64,000 nucleotides of DNA from Trueperaceae bacterium. Lineage in GTDB: Bacteria; Deinococcota; Deinococci; Deinococcales; Trueperaceae. The stretch lies in assembly GCA_965214405.1 (NCBI GenBank), contig OZ243956.1:2432001-2496000 (forward strand), in the 5' to 3' direction. Shown piece after piece: positions 20,479-28,453 of the stretch. How positions within the stretch are numbered: the first letter of the stretch is position 1; each line of letters opens with the position of its first letter. The translations under genes and the position numbers were made by a program. The notes under the pieces were generated by a model. The model was not told where the DNA came from and made no database searches. It saw only the letters and a list, made by a program, of their open reading frames with translations.

Positions 20479-20829
20479 ATGCACCTGTCCATCCTGTTCG
20501 AAGCCCTTACCACCCACTTCCACCTCGACGCCGCCAGTGAGGAGGTGGACCGGCTCGCCGCCGACTTCGTCGCCCGCTGCTCTAGTGCCTTTCACGAGAG
20601 CGGTAGCGCCTCATGCTGGCTCACTGTTGTTAGACCTGAAGGTTTAGGCCGCTATGAGGGCGTGCATCACCTGCTCCTCAGCTACGGCTTTGGGCTCGCC
20701 AAGCAAGCGCGTCTTAGGGGTGATGCGTATCTGGTCGGGGTGAGACTCTTAGCTCCCCCTTCTCAGCCTGACTCTGTCTTTTGTGGCCGCGTCACGGCTA
20801 CGCGCCCCACGGCGGAGGTTCTGGCGTGA
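20479..20829 (+). CDS. Hypothetical protein
   Basis: AAAGGAG SD; 116 aa; GTGA overlap with the next ORF. Confidence 0.6.
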   Translation: MHLSILFEALTTHFHLDAASEEVDRLAADFVARCSSAFHESGSASCWLTVVRPEGLGRYEGVHHLLLSYGFGLAKQARLRGDAYLVGVRLLAPPSQPDSVFCGRVTATRPTAEVLA

Positions 20830-21098
20830 ACACCCTACACTCCAACACCTCACACTCCTATACCCCACTCGCCTGCCCTCACTGCCACGGTGAGGGCTTC
20901 TTCGTTTATGACGGCGGGCCGGGATGTTTCGACGAACACTTTGGCAACTGGCTGCCCACGGAAATGTATATGCCCTGCCCCTGTTGTGGCGGCGTTGGTG
21001 AGGTCGAGCCCGAAGACGCCGTTGCGCCTGTTGTGAGTTCCGTTATACAGACACCGGGTGCAGTGCTTGATGCGAGTGACGAGGAGTTGCCTTTCTGA
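20826..21098 (+). CDS. Small DnaJ-type zinc-finger protein
   Basis: CPHCHGEG ... CPCCGGVG repeats; acidic 'DEELPF' C-terminus. Confidence 0.6.
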   Translation: MNTLHSNTSHSYTPLACPHCHGEGFFVYDGGPGCFDEHFGNWLPTEMYMPCPCCGGVGEVEPEDAVAPVVSSVIQTPGAVLDASDEELPF

Positions 21099-21211
21099 TG
21101 ACCCACCACTTTCGCAAGGATTATTGCAAGGGTTATGGTAAGCACAGCGAAACCTGTAAGCCCAACGCCGAGCCTCAGCACCTATGGCCTGATGAGACTT
21201 TAGGGGACACC

Positions 21212-22270
21212 ATGCACCAGCTCTCCCGTCGCCGCACCGTCTACCTCATCGCCATCGGGCTGGGTCTGCCCCTACTGGTCTTCTCCTGGTGGAGCCAGCA
21301 GGCAATGGACCCTTTCATGCGTTACCTCTTCCCTCTGCTGGGTGCCTATCTCGTTTGGGCCTTTGTCACCCTGTGGTGCGACGTTGGAAGCGTCCGGCGG
21401 GTCGAAAAGAGCACCTTCTGGGTCTTGAGCATTCTCTGGCTGGGGATACTGACGCTGAGCCTCTACAGCGGGCAAGTTTTCGAGACACCCTGGGCGCAGC
21501 TCGTCTCCACGGTGATGTTCAACCTGTTCGTGCTCATGGTCTTGTCGCACCTCGTCTTCGCCACCCGCACGGGGCTGCGGGTCAACTTAGCGCTCTTAGG
21601 AGTTTCTACGCTCGTCGGCTTGGGCCGGTTGCTGCCCGACGCGCTGCGGGGCGCTCATCAGCAGGAGCTCGTCTGGTTCGTCCAGTTCGAGATTGCCTTG
21701 GCGGTTCTCTTAGGTTTTGTCTATGTGCTCGCCAAGAGCAAAGACGACTATATGCAGGCCGAACTCCAGGCGAGGGAACTCAGCCTTATCGCTTACAAGG
21801 ACGTACTCACTGGCAAGCCCAACCGCCGCTACTTGGAGGGCGAGCTCGCCACAAAACTCAAGGTGAGCGAGCGTTACGGGCGGCCCCTGTCGCTCATCTC
21901 TTTTGACCTAGACTGTTTCAAACTCATCAACGACACCTACGGGCACGGGGTGGGCGACGAGGTGTTGATAAAGGTCGCGCACTTGGTCGAGCCCCTACTG
22001 CGGGGGAGTGACACCTTCGGGCGCTGGGGCGGTGAGGAGTTCTTGGTCGTCGCGCCGGAGACCGAGCTTGAAGAGGCCGCGGCCCTGGCGGAGCGGTTGC
22101 GGGAGGCCGTCGAGGCGGCCTTTTACCCGCACGACGTGCCGGTCACGGCTAGCTTCGGGGTGGTGACGAGGACGGGCGGTATGGGCGCGTCGGAGCTGCT
22201 GGAAACAGCGGACAGGCGGCTCTACGCCGCCAAGCAGCGGGGCAGGAACCGGGTCGTGAGCGGGTTCTGA
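21212..22270 (+). CDS. Membrane-anchored diguanylate cyclase (GGDEF)
   Basis: About six TM segments; 'DVLTGKPNRR', 'DLDCFKLINDTYGHGVGD', 'RWGGEEF'. Confidence 0.9.
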   Translation: MHQLSRRRTVYLIAIGLGLPLLVFSWWSQQAMDPFMRYLFPLLGAYLVWAFVTLWCDVGSVRRVEKSTFWVLSILWLGILTLSLYSGQVFETPWAQLVSTVMFNLFVLMVLSHLVFATRTGLRVNLALLGVSTLVGLGRLLPDALRGAHQQELVWFVQFEIALAVLLGFVYVLAKSKDDYMQAELQARELSLIAYKDVLTGKPNRRYLEGELATKLKVSERYGRPLSLISFDLDCFKLINDTYGHGVGDEVLIKVAHLVEPLLRGSDTFGRWGGEEFLVVAPETELEEAAALAERLREAVEAAFYPHDVPVTASFGVVTRTGGMGASELLETADRRLYAAKQRGRNRVVSGF

Positions 22271-22496
22271 CGTTAGCTAGCCACACGACATAAACTTACG
22301 CGCCTCGGCTTTCGTCGGGGCGCCCCTTCACTCGCCGCGCTTGGGGGGGTGACCGTGCGTAAGAACCACTAACCCACTCCGAAAACATGCGGCACAAAAG
22401 TTTGTAGAAGCGGCAAAAGGTACGTTTAGCGAAACGGCGCAACATAAAAATGGAAAATGACTCAACGAAAAAGCGAAATAGCGGCCATCATAAATC

Positions 22497-23069
22497 ATGC
22501 CAAAGACGATCCTGCTCAAGGAGCATCTGACATCGGCGCAACTTCATGAGCGCTACGAGAACAGTCGTGACAGCGTTCTCAGGCAACGCTGGAAAGCGCT
22601 CTACCTCACCTCAGCAGGCCTATCCGGGGCCGCGGTCGCACGTGAGCTTGGCAAGTCCCGTAGCTGGGTGTCGAGGGTTGTTTCTGATTACAACGCCTTC
22701 GGGCACGAATGGGCGAAGGTGCTACCCAGAGGTGAAGGGGGGCGCAAGCTCGAGATCACCTGTCAGGAGCTGCGATTACTACACTTGGCGATAAGTAAGG
22801 CAGCAACGCGGGCGAGGCAAAAGAAGCTCAGGCACAAGGTCAACATCAAGGCGTTGGTGGGAGACCTGGAGGAGGCGACCGGGAAACGGAGGCCGGAGAG
22901 CACGGTCAGGAGGTACGTATGGCTACTCGCCACTCTCCAAGACGAGAGTCAGGTCGTGCCCGGCTATAAAGTGCGGCCCGAAGAACTGTCGCCGCGGCAA
23001 CAGCGAGAGTTGGAAGGGTTAAGCCACCGCTGCCTCGAAGAATTACGGGACGCAGGGCAGGAGGCGTAA
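22497..23069 (+). CDS. HTH protein resembling the IS630 transposase N-terminus, with no DDE domain
   Basis: 'QRWKALYL...GLSGAAVARELGKSRSWVSRVVSDYNAFG' plus a second helical unit; no catalytic ORF downstream. Confidence 0.7.
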   Translation: MPKTILLKEHLTSAQLHERYENSRDSVLRQRWKALYLTSAGLSGAAVARELGKSRSWVSRVVSDYNAFGHEWAKVLPRGEGGRKLEITCQELRLLHLAISKAATRARQKKLRHKVNIKALVGDLEEATGKRRPESTVRRYVWLLATLQDESQVVPGYKVRPEELSPRQQRELEGLSHRCLEELRDAGQEA

Positions 23070-23298
23070 ACATCCTTTTCCGATTGTGAGGGATCGGACG
23101 CCGGAAGGTGCTCTGCTACGATGGCCTCAGTCAGACGCGCAATCTCACGGCGGCGTACGTGCGGCTCCGCCATGACGCTGGTGAACGGGCGCTAGCCCAT
23201 GCCGGTGGTAGATCACCGGGCCACGCTGTTTTTTGGCCCGGATGCGGCATTCCCAAAGGTTGCGCAAAGTGACTCAGCAGCATCCGTATACTGAAAGT

Positions 23299-23550
23299 AG
23301 AGGGCAGACGACGCCCTCGCGGCTGCCGCACGCGGCCGCAGGAAACCCAGACCCTTCCACGGCGGTCCCGGAACGAAGCTCGGACCGCCGCGCTCGTTGC
23401 AACGTCGGTAGGCCCCAAGGGCGGACCGGCGAAATCCGTTTCGGCATATTGCAAACGTAAAAAGAACCACACTGAAGAGATAGTAGAAATTTTCATACGC
23501 TACCAAATGGGTAGTCGGCCGGATACATAAAAAGCTGGGGGCCGATTTTT
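23299..23550 (+). ncRNA. Putative structured sRNA, unit 1
   Basis: -10 TATACT (23287-92) + GAAAGT; four hairpins; ends in TCGGCC..GGCCGA-TTTTT; paralog of unit 3. Confidence 0.55.
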
Positions 23551-23634
23551 ACCGTCTGGCACGGCGAAAACGCGGAAACCCGCCCCGCCTGTGAAATATC
23601 TACACCCCCTTGACAGGGTTCGTATCATGAAAGT

Positions 23635-23806
23635 AAGCAAGCTCGAAGGCACCACACGAGCGAGCCGCCCCCAAGACCCCAACTTACAGATTAAGAGCGG
23701 GACGAGCGTCCTGGCCCTTTTGCTTTGCCTGGACTCTGCGGGGCCAAACCATAACAGGAGGTTTGTACGCCAAAGTGAGCCGTGCCCCCAGGGAGACGGC
23801 TTTTTT
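23635..23806 (+). ncRNA. Putative structured sRNA, unit 2
   Basis: TTGACA..CG-TATCAT-GAAAGT promoter motif; terminator AGCCGT..ACGGCT-TTTTT; shares AGACCC and GCCCTTTTG..AACCATA motifs with unit 3. Confidence 0.45.
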
Positions 23807-23850
23807 GGAATTTGCACAAGGGGCCTTGACAGCATCCGTAAGATGAAAGT

Positions 23851-24082
23851 AGAGGGTAGGCAATACCCTCGCGGCTGCCAACGCAGCCACAAAAACTTAG
23901 ACCCTTCTCCGGCGGTCCTGGCGCAAAGCTTGGGCCGCCGCCCTTTTGTAACGTCGGCACGTTTGGCTTAGGACGTGCCCCAACCATAGAAATCCCGCTT
24001 TTCAACTCGAAAGGAAAACCCATGTAGCGAGACCTGACAAATCATCATAGGACGAGCGAGGTTACTTGACCTCGCTCTTTTT
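23851..24082 (+). ncRNA. Putative structured sRNA, unit 3
   Basis: TTGACA..CG-TAAGAT-GAAAGT; four hairpins; terminator GAGCGAGGT..ACCTCGCTC-TTTTT. Confidence 0.55.
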
Positions 24083-24495
24083 GTTGTCTTTCAAATTCTC
24101 ACATCACCCGTCTGGGTAAGCATTAACAAAGGAGTGCAAGATGAAGTAATTGCTCCACACCAAAGCCCAGTGCTAGGCGGTCCCGCTGATGCACGCTCTG
24201 GCACCCATCCCGCAACGTTCAAAGCCCAAAGGTGCTCTCAAGCCCGTGAAATGTGGCGTTTTGACAGGATACTGAAACGCGCTTTGACGCTCCCACTAAG
24301 ACGAAGGTAAAGGCCGAAAAGTATCCCACGGCCTTGGTACGCACGGCTTCACCAAGTCGCGGCAAAATCCAACGCCGCGGCTTCGTTCATGTAGGCCCAA
24401 CAATTCACACAGCCACCCAAAGGGGTAGAACGCACGTTCTGCCCCTTTTTTGTTGCCGTGTGAGCTGGCGAGGTCAAGCTTTTTAGGAGACTTCT

Positions 24496-24726
24496 ATGTA
24501 TTCTGATCTTTCACAAGATTCTAACACCCAATCCACCCTTCCCAAGGCGTTAACGGTGGATGAATTCCACGCCGCCATCGGCGGCATCATTGGGTACAAG
24601 ACCCTTTATGAGTACGCCCGGAGCGGGCGGCTCCGCGCTATACGCGTTGGCGAAAAAAGAGGCAAGTTCCTCATCTTGCGTAGCGAGGTGGACGACTTCT
24701 TTACCAGAGAGGCGGGGAAGAACTAA
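24496..24726 (+). CDS. Excisionase-like HTH_17 DNA-binding protein
   Basis: 'LTVDEF...KTLYEYARSGRLRAIRVG...FLI.RSEVDDF'; AGGAG SD. Confidence 0.8.
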   Translation: MYSDLSQDSNTQSTLPKALTVDEFHAAIGGIIGYKTLYEYARSGRLRAIRVGEKRGKFLILRSEVDDFFTREAGKN

Positions 24727-24727
24727 C

Positions 24728-26467
24728 ATGAATGTTACCGCCGACCCCACCTTCGACACGTCGGAGGTCAAACGCCTCCTCAAACAACTCAAGGCGTACA
24801 ACAGCGAGGGCCGCCTGGATGACCGGGCAGCCTCCCTTCTTGAGGAGGCGCGGTTTGTGGCGCAAAGCTATAAATTTTTTGGTGAGCCCAATGACGAACA
24901 GAAGTTGCGGGCACTTGTTGAGCCCCCGACGGCGCTCCGTGACGCGCTGGCGAACGAGCAGGGGGCGCTCCCCTGGCCGAAACCGTCGCCGCTGCCGCCC
25001 CTGACGCCCCCCGCACCCGTCATGACCCCCGACCTGCTCCCGGAGCCGTTGCGGGGCTGGCTCATTGACGCCGCGGCGCGCCACAGCGTGCATATCGAGA
25101 TGATTGCGGTGGCCGCGGTTGTAGCCGCCGCGTCCCTCTTAGGTCGCGTCGTGGGTTTGCATCCCAAGGAGTATGACTTGGGTTGGCTGGAAACCAGCAA
25201 CCTCTGGGGGGCGGTGGTCGCGCCTCCCAGCTCCCGCAAAACGCAAGCCATCAACGAAGGAATGCGCTTTGTGCGTGAACTTCAGAGCGAACTTATCGAG
25301 CAGCACCGCGACGAGCAGGTGGGGCGGGGCGTCAAGAAGGAGATCGCCGAGCTGGAGATTGGGCAGCTCAAGCGCAAGGCCGCTGGCGCGAAGGGCAGCC
25401 CCGGCAGTATCGAGACTGAGCTGGTCGAGAAGATGCAGGCACTCCAAAGCTATGACGTGCCGGAGCCGCGCCTGTACGTCAACGACACCAGTGTAGAAAA
25501 ACTCGGCGATTTGCTCGCTAAGAACCCGCGGGGGCTGCTCTTCTACCGCGACGAACTCGCGGGGCTACTCGCGGACATGGACAAGCACGGCAACGAGGGC
25601 CAGCGCGCCTTCATGCTCGAAGCCTGGAACGGCAAAGGGTCCTACACCTTTGACCGTATCGGTCGGGGCACGCTGCATATCCCGGCGGTCAACCTCTCCG
25701 TGATTGGCGGCATCCAACCTGGCAAGCTCAAACCACTGGTTAACGGGGCCATCCAAGGGAACACCGGGGCGGACGGGCTCTTGCAGCGATTCCAGCTCGT
25801 CGCCTATCCCGACCGGGCACCCAACTGGCACCGGGTAGACCGGGAGCCCGACAAGGAAGCCGAAGCGCGGGCGTTCAATATCTACCGCAGCCTGATGGAG
25901 TTGCAGCCGGATGATGTGGGTGCTGTAACAGACCGCTCGGATGGGATCGGCACGCTGCACTTCGCGCCCGACGCCCAGAGCGCCTTCAACACGTGGCTAG
26001 ACGAGCACGTGCCGCGTTCTCAGTCGCTACTTTACGAAGAGGCTCCCGCCTTTCAGTCGTACCTGGCAAAACTCCAAACGCTGGTGGTGCGTCTCGCCCT
26101 GGTGTTTCACATGATCGACGTGGTGGACGGCGCGATGCCCGGCCCCGTGTCGCTCAAGGCGCTAAATATGGCGCTCGCTTGGGCGCGGCTCGCCGAGCAA
26201 CACGCGAGGAAGATTTACGCCACCGAACTCAATACAGACCTGCGCAGGGCTTTGGACATCACCGACCTTATCAAGCGGGGCGAAATCAGAGACGGCGTGA
26301 ACGTCCGCGACATCTACAAGGGTCGCAGCCTCGGTAACGCCGAGGCGGTCAATCGGTCGCTAACCATCCTCGCGGAGCACCACTGGCTGCGTGTGGAGGA
26401 GCAACCCAACCCCGGCGCGAGGCCGAGCAGCGTCGTGCGGCTCAACCCGGAGCTTGCCCTCGGCTAA
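24728..26467 (+). CDS. DUF3987/YfjI-family P-loop replication protein of integrative elements
   Basis: 'NLWGAVVAPPSSRKT', 'RDELAGLL', 'DRIGRG', 'GGIQP', 'DGLLQRF'. Confidence 0.85.
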   Translation: MNVTADPTFDTSEVKRLLKQLKAYNSEGRLDDRAASLLEEARFVAQSYKFFGEPNDEQKLRALVEPPTALRDALANEQGALPWPKPSPLPPLTPPAPVMTPDLLPEPLRGWLIDAAARHSVHIEMIAVAAVVAAASLLGRVVGLHPKEYDLGWLETSNLWGAVVAPPSSRKTQAINEGMRFVRELQSELIEQHRDEQVGRGVKKEIAELEIGQLKRKAAGAKGSPGSIETELVEKMQALQSYDVPEPRLYVNDTSVEKLGDLLAKNPRGLLFYRDELAGLLADMDKHGNEGQRAFMLEAWNGKGSYTFDRIGRGTLHIPAVNLSVIGGIQPGKLKPLVNGAIQGNTGADGLLQRFQLVAYPDRAPNWHRVDREPDKEAEARAFNIYRSLMELQPDDVGAVTDRSDGIGTLHFAPDAQSAFNTWLDEHVPRSQSLLYEEAPAFQSYLAKLQTLVVRLALVFHMIDVVDGAMPGPVSLKALNMALAWARLAEQHARKIYATELNTDLRRALDITDLIKRGEIRDGVNVRDIYKGRSLGNAEAVNRSLTILAEHHWLRVEEQPNPGARPSSVVRLNPELALG

Positions 26468-26595
26468 GCGTCACGGGAACGCGCGTTTGACAGGCGGACA
26501 AACTGGACGAACCCGCAGCTTGGCGGTTTGTCCGGTTTATCCGCCGCACAACCACGACTTTCTTACATGTTTGGTCCCCATCCAAAGGAGTCACC

Positions 26596-26787
26596 ATGCC
26601 CACCCTCACCGTAAACCTGTCCTTGTTCATCTTGGCAGCTCTTGCCCGGAACGAGTCGGACTACCACGCCACCAGCCAACTGTTAATGGCTATGTCCGCC
26701 GTGCTCGGTTTGCACGGCATCGTCTGGGGAGCCGACATGCAGCGCATGTTCCAAGACGCTCTACCCGAAGAAAGGAGACAAACGTGA
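26596..26787 (+). CDS. Small hypothetical protein
   Basis: AAAGGAG SD; 63 aa. Confidence 0.45.
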   Translation: MPTLTVNLSLFILAALARNESDYHATSQLLMAMSAVLGLHGIVWGADMQRMFQDALPEERRQT

Positions 26788-26912
26788 TCGACCACAGGAG
26801 CCGGTAACCGGCTGGCTCCGCCTTAACAATTGCACACAACCCAACATAAGTCACCTGAGGCCCATCCGCGCGGATGGGCCTTCTTCTTTCACAACGACCC
26901 AGGAGGTCAACA

Positions 26913-28151
26913 ATGGCAAAACGTCGCGGTAAAGGCGAAGGAACGCTATTCAAGAGAACTAAGAAGCGTAAAGACGGCACTTCCTATGTGGTTTGGGCCG
27001 CCGAAGTCACCGTGGGTTACTCGGATGACGGTAAACAAGTCCGCAAGACCCTCTATGGCAAGACCCAGCGCGAAGTGCTGGAGAAAGTGAGTGAGCTAAA
27101 GGGGCAGGTCGCCGCGGGCACCTTCTCTAACACCCGCACGACGGTAGCGCACTACCTTCAACAGTGGCTCGACTACAAGAAGTTAGAGGTCAAGCCGCGC
27201 AGTCACCAGTTCTACGCCGACTACGTCCGGCTTTACATCGAGCCGCACGTGGGGCGTATCGAGATGTCCAAACTTACGGGGCTGCATATCCAGGCGATGA
27301 TGAAAGAGGTCGCCGGGGGCACGAGCACGGACGCCGCCAACAAGGCCAGGATGGTGCTCACCACCGCCCTGAAGCGGGCCGTGCGGTTGAGGCTTATCCC
27401 GCGCAATCCCGCGGAGGCCGTGGACAAGTTGAAGCATGAAATTAAGGAGATGGTCCTCTGGACGCCGGAGCAGGCGCTGCACTTCTTGGAGGTCGCCAAG
27501 CCGCACAGGCTCTTCGCGGCCTTTTATCTCGCCCTGAGCACCGGCATGAGGCACGGGGAGGTCCTGGGGCTTCGCTGGCAAGACATCGAGGGGGACGTTA
27601 TCACCGTCCGGCAGTCCATCATTACAGTCAAGGGTGCCAAATACGAAGTCAGCACGCCCAAGACGCGTAAGGGCGTCCGGCGGGTCGTGGTCGCCCCGGA
27701 CACGCTCGCCGTTCTGGCTGAGCATAAAAAGCGGCAGGAGACGGAGCGGAACTATCTCGGCGAGGCGTGGGAGGAGAGCGGCCTGGTCTTCACGAACGAG
27801 TTCGGCGGCGTGCTCGTGCCGCGCAACTTTGACCGGGTCTGGTACGCGCTCCGGAAAAAGTCGGGGCTCCCCCGCGTTCGCTTTCACGACCTCCGGCATC
27901 TGCACGTCTCACTCCTCATCGACCAAAACGTCCAGCCTCGCGCGGTGGCGGACCGCGTAGGGCACACCGACCCGTCTTTCACCATGAGGGTGTACAGCCA
28001 CATGTTCGAGGCGCGGCGTCGTGCTGTGGCGGTGTCTCTCACGGACATGCTGGGCTCCAAAAACGAAGAGGCTGAAGAAGAGGGTGCTAGGGTCTGTCTG
28101 ACTAAAGCTAAATTTAGCGTTCCTGACGGACCTAAAGGGTGTTCAGCCTAA
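26913..28151 (+). CDS. Tyrosine recombinase/integrase (C-terminal tail altered by MITE)
   Basis: 'TGMRHGEVLGLRW', 'PKT', 'RFHDLRH', 'VGH...T.RVYSH'; AGGAGG SD; arm-binding N-terminus 'RRGKGEGT'. Confidence 0.95.
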   Translation: MAKRRGKGEGTLFKRTKKRKDGTSYVVWAAEVTVGYSDDGKQVRKTLYGKTQREVLEKVSELKGQVAAGTFSNTRTTVAHYLQQWLDYKKLEVKPRSHQFYADYVRLYIEPHVGRIEMSKLTGLHIQAMMKEVAGGTSTDAANKARMVLTTALKRAVRLRLIPRNPAEAVDKLKHEIKEMVLWTPEQALHFLEVAKPHRLFAAFYLALSTGMRHGEVLGLRWQDIEGDVITVRQSIITVKGAKYEVSTPKTRKGVRRVVVAPDTLAVLAEHKKRQETERNYLGEAWEESGLVFTNEFGGVLVPRNFDRVWYALRKKSGLPRVRFHDLRHLHVSLLIDQNVQPRAVADRVGHTDPSFTMRVYSHMFEARRRAVAVSLTDMLGSKNEEAEEEGARVCLTKAKFSVPDGPKGCSA

Positions 28152-28205
28152 AAGGGTGATTTGTACGTGCAGTACGGCATTCAGACCTAATTAGTCAGAC
28201 AGACC
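28091..28205. mobile_element. 115-bp MITE with 15-bp terminal inverted repeats and CTAG (or TA) target duplication
   Basis: GGTCTGTCTGACTAA (28091-105) / TTAGTCAGACAGACC (28191-205), flanked by CTAG on both sides. Confidence 0.8.
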
Positions 28206-28264
28206 CTAGCAAGAAGAACGAGGAAGAACTATAAGCTGTACTTAAGCTGTACTCGGCCAAAACT

Positions 28265-28292
28265 AAGACCCCCACCGTTTGGTGGGGGTCTT
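28265..28292. terminator. Intrinsic terminator between integrase and tRNA
   Basis: AAGACCCCCACC-gttt-GGTGGGGGTCTT with flanking A/T runs. Confidence 0.75.
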
Positions 28293-28320
28293 TTCTTTTG
28301 CGCCTGTGACGCTTCTTCTC

Positions 28321-28395
28321 TGGCTCCGCGACCTGGATTCGAACCAGGGACCATTCGATTAACAGTCGAACGCTCTACCGCTGAGCTATCGCGGA
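28321..28395 (-). tRNA. tRNA-Asn (GTT)
   Basis: TCCGCGATAGCTCAGCGGTAGAGCGTTCGACTGTTAATCGAATGGTCCCTGGTTCGAATCCAGGTCGCGGAGCCA; cloverleaf with encoded CCA. Confidence 0.97.
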
Positions 28396-28453
28396 CCGCG
28401 CGCCCCTGAGGGCGAACGTTTATAGTAACAAAGCTTTGGGGCTTTGGCAAGTC

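Larger units (their letters stand above)
16051..28320. mobile_element. Integrative element/genomic island adjacent to tRNA-Asn; left boundary unresolved and may include BREX
   Basis: Integrase next to the tRNA 3' end, xis-like HTH, DUF3987, ArdC; CTCGAG nearly absent. Confidence 0.65.

Noticed and set aside
23131..24023. Overlapping 70-130 aa ORFs in the array region
   Set aside because: No SD, no recognisable motifs; the paralogous units conserve base pairing rather than a convincing protein
23270..24082. CRISPR array interpretation of the repeats
   Set aside because: Only 2-3 long diverged units, no short identical repeats with regular spacers, and no cas genes
24255..24285. Possible fourth array promoter (TTGACAGGATACTGAAAC)
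   Set aside because: Only a partial match and not followed by the conserved hairpin scaffold
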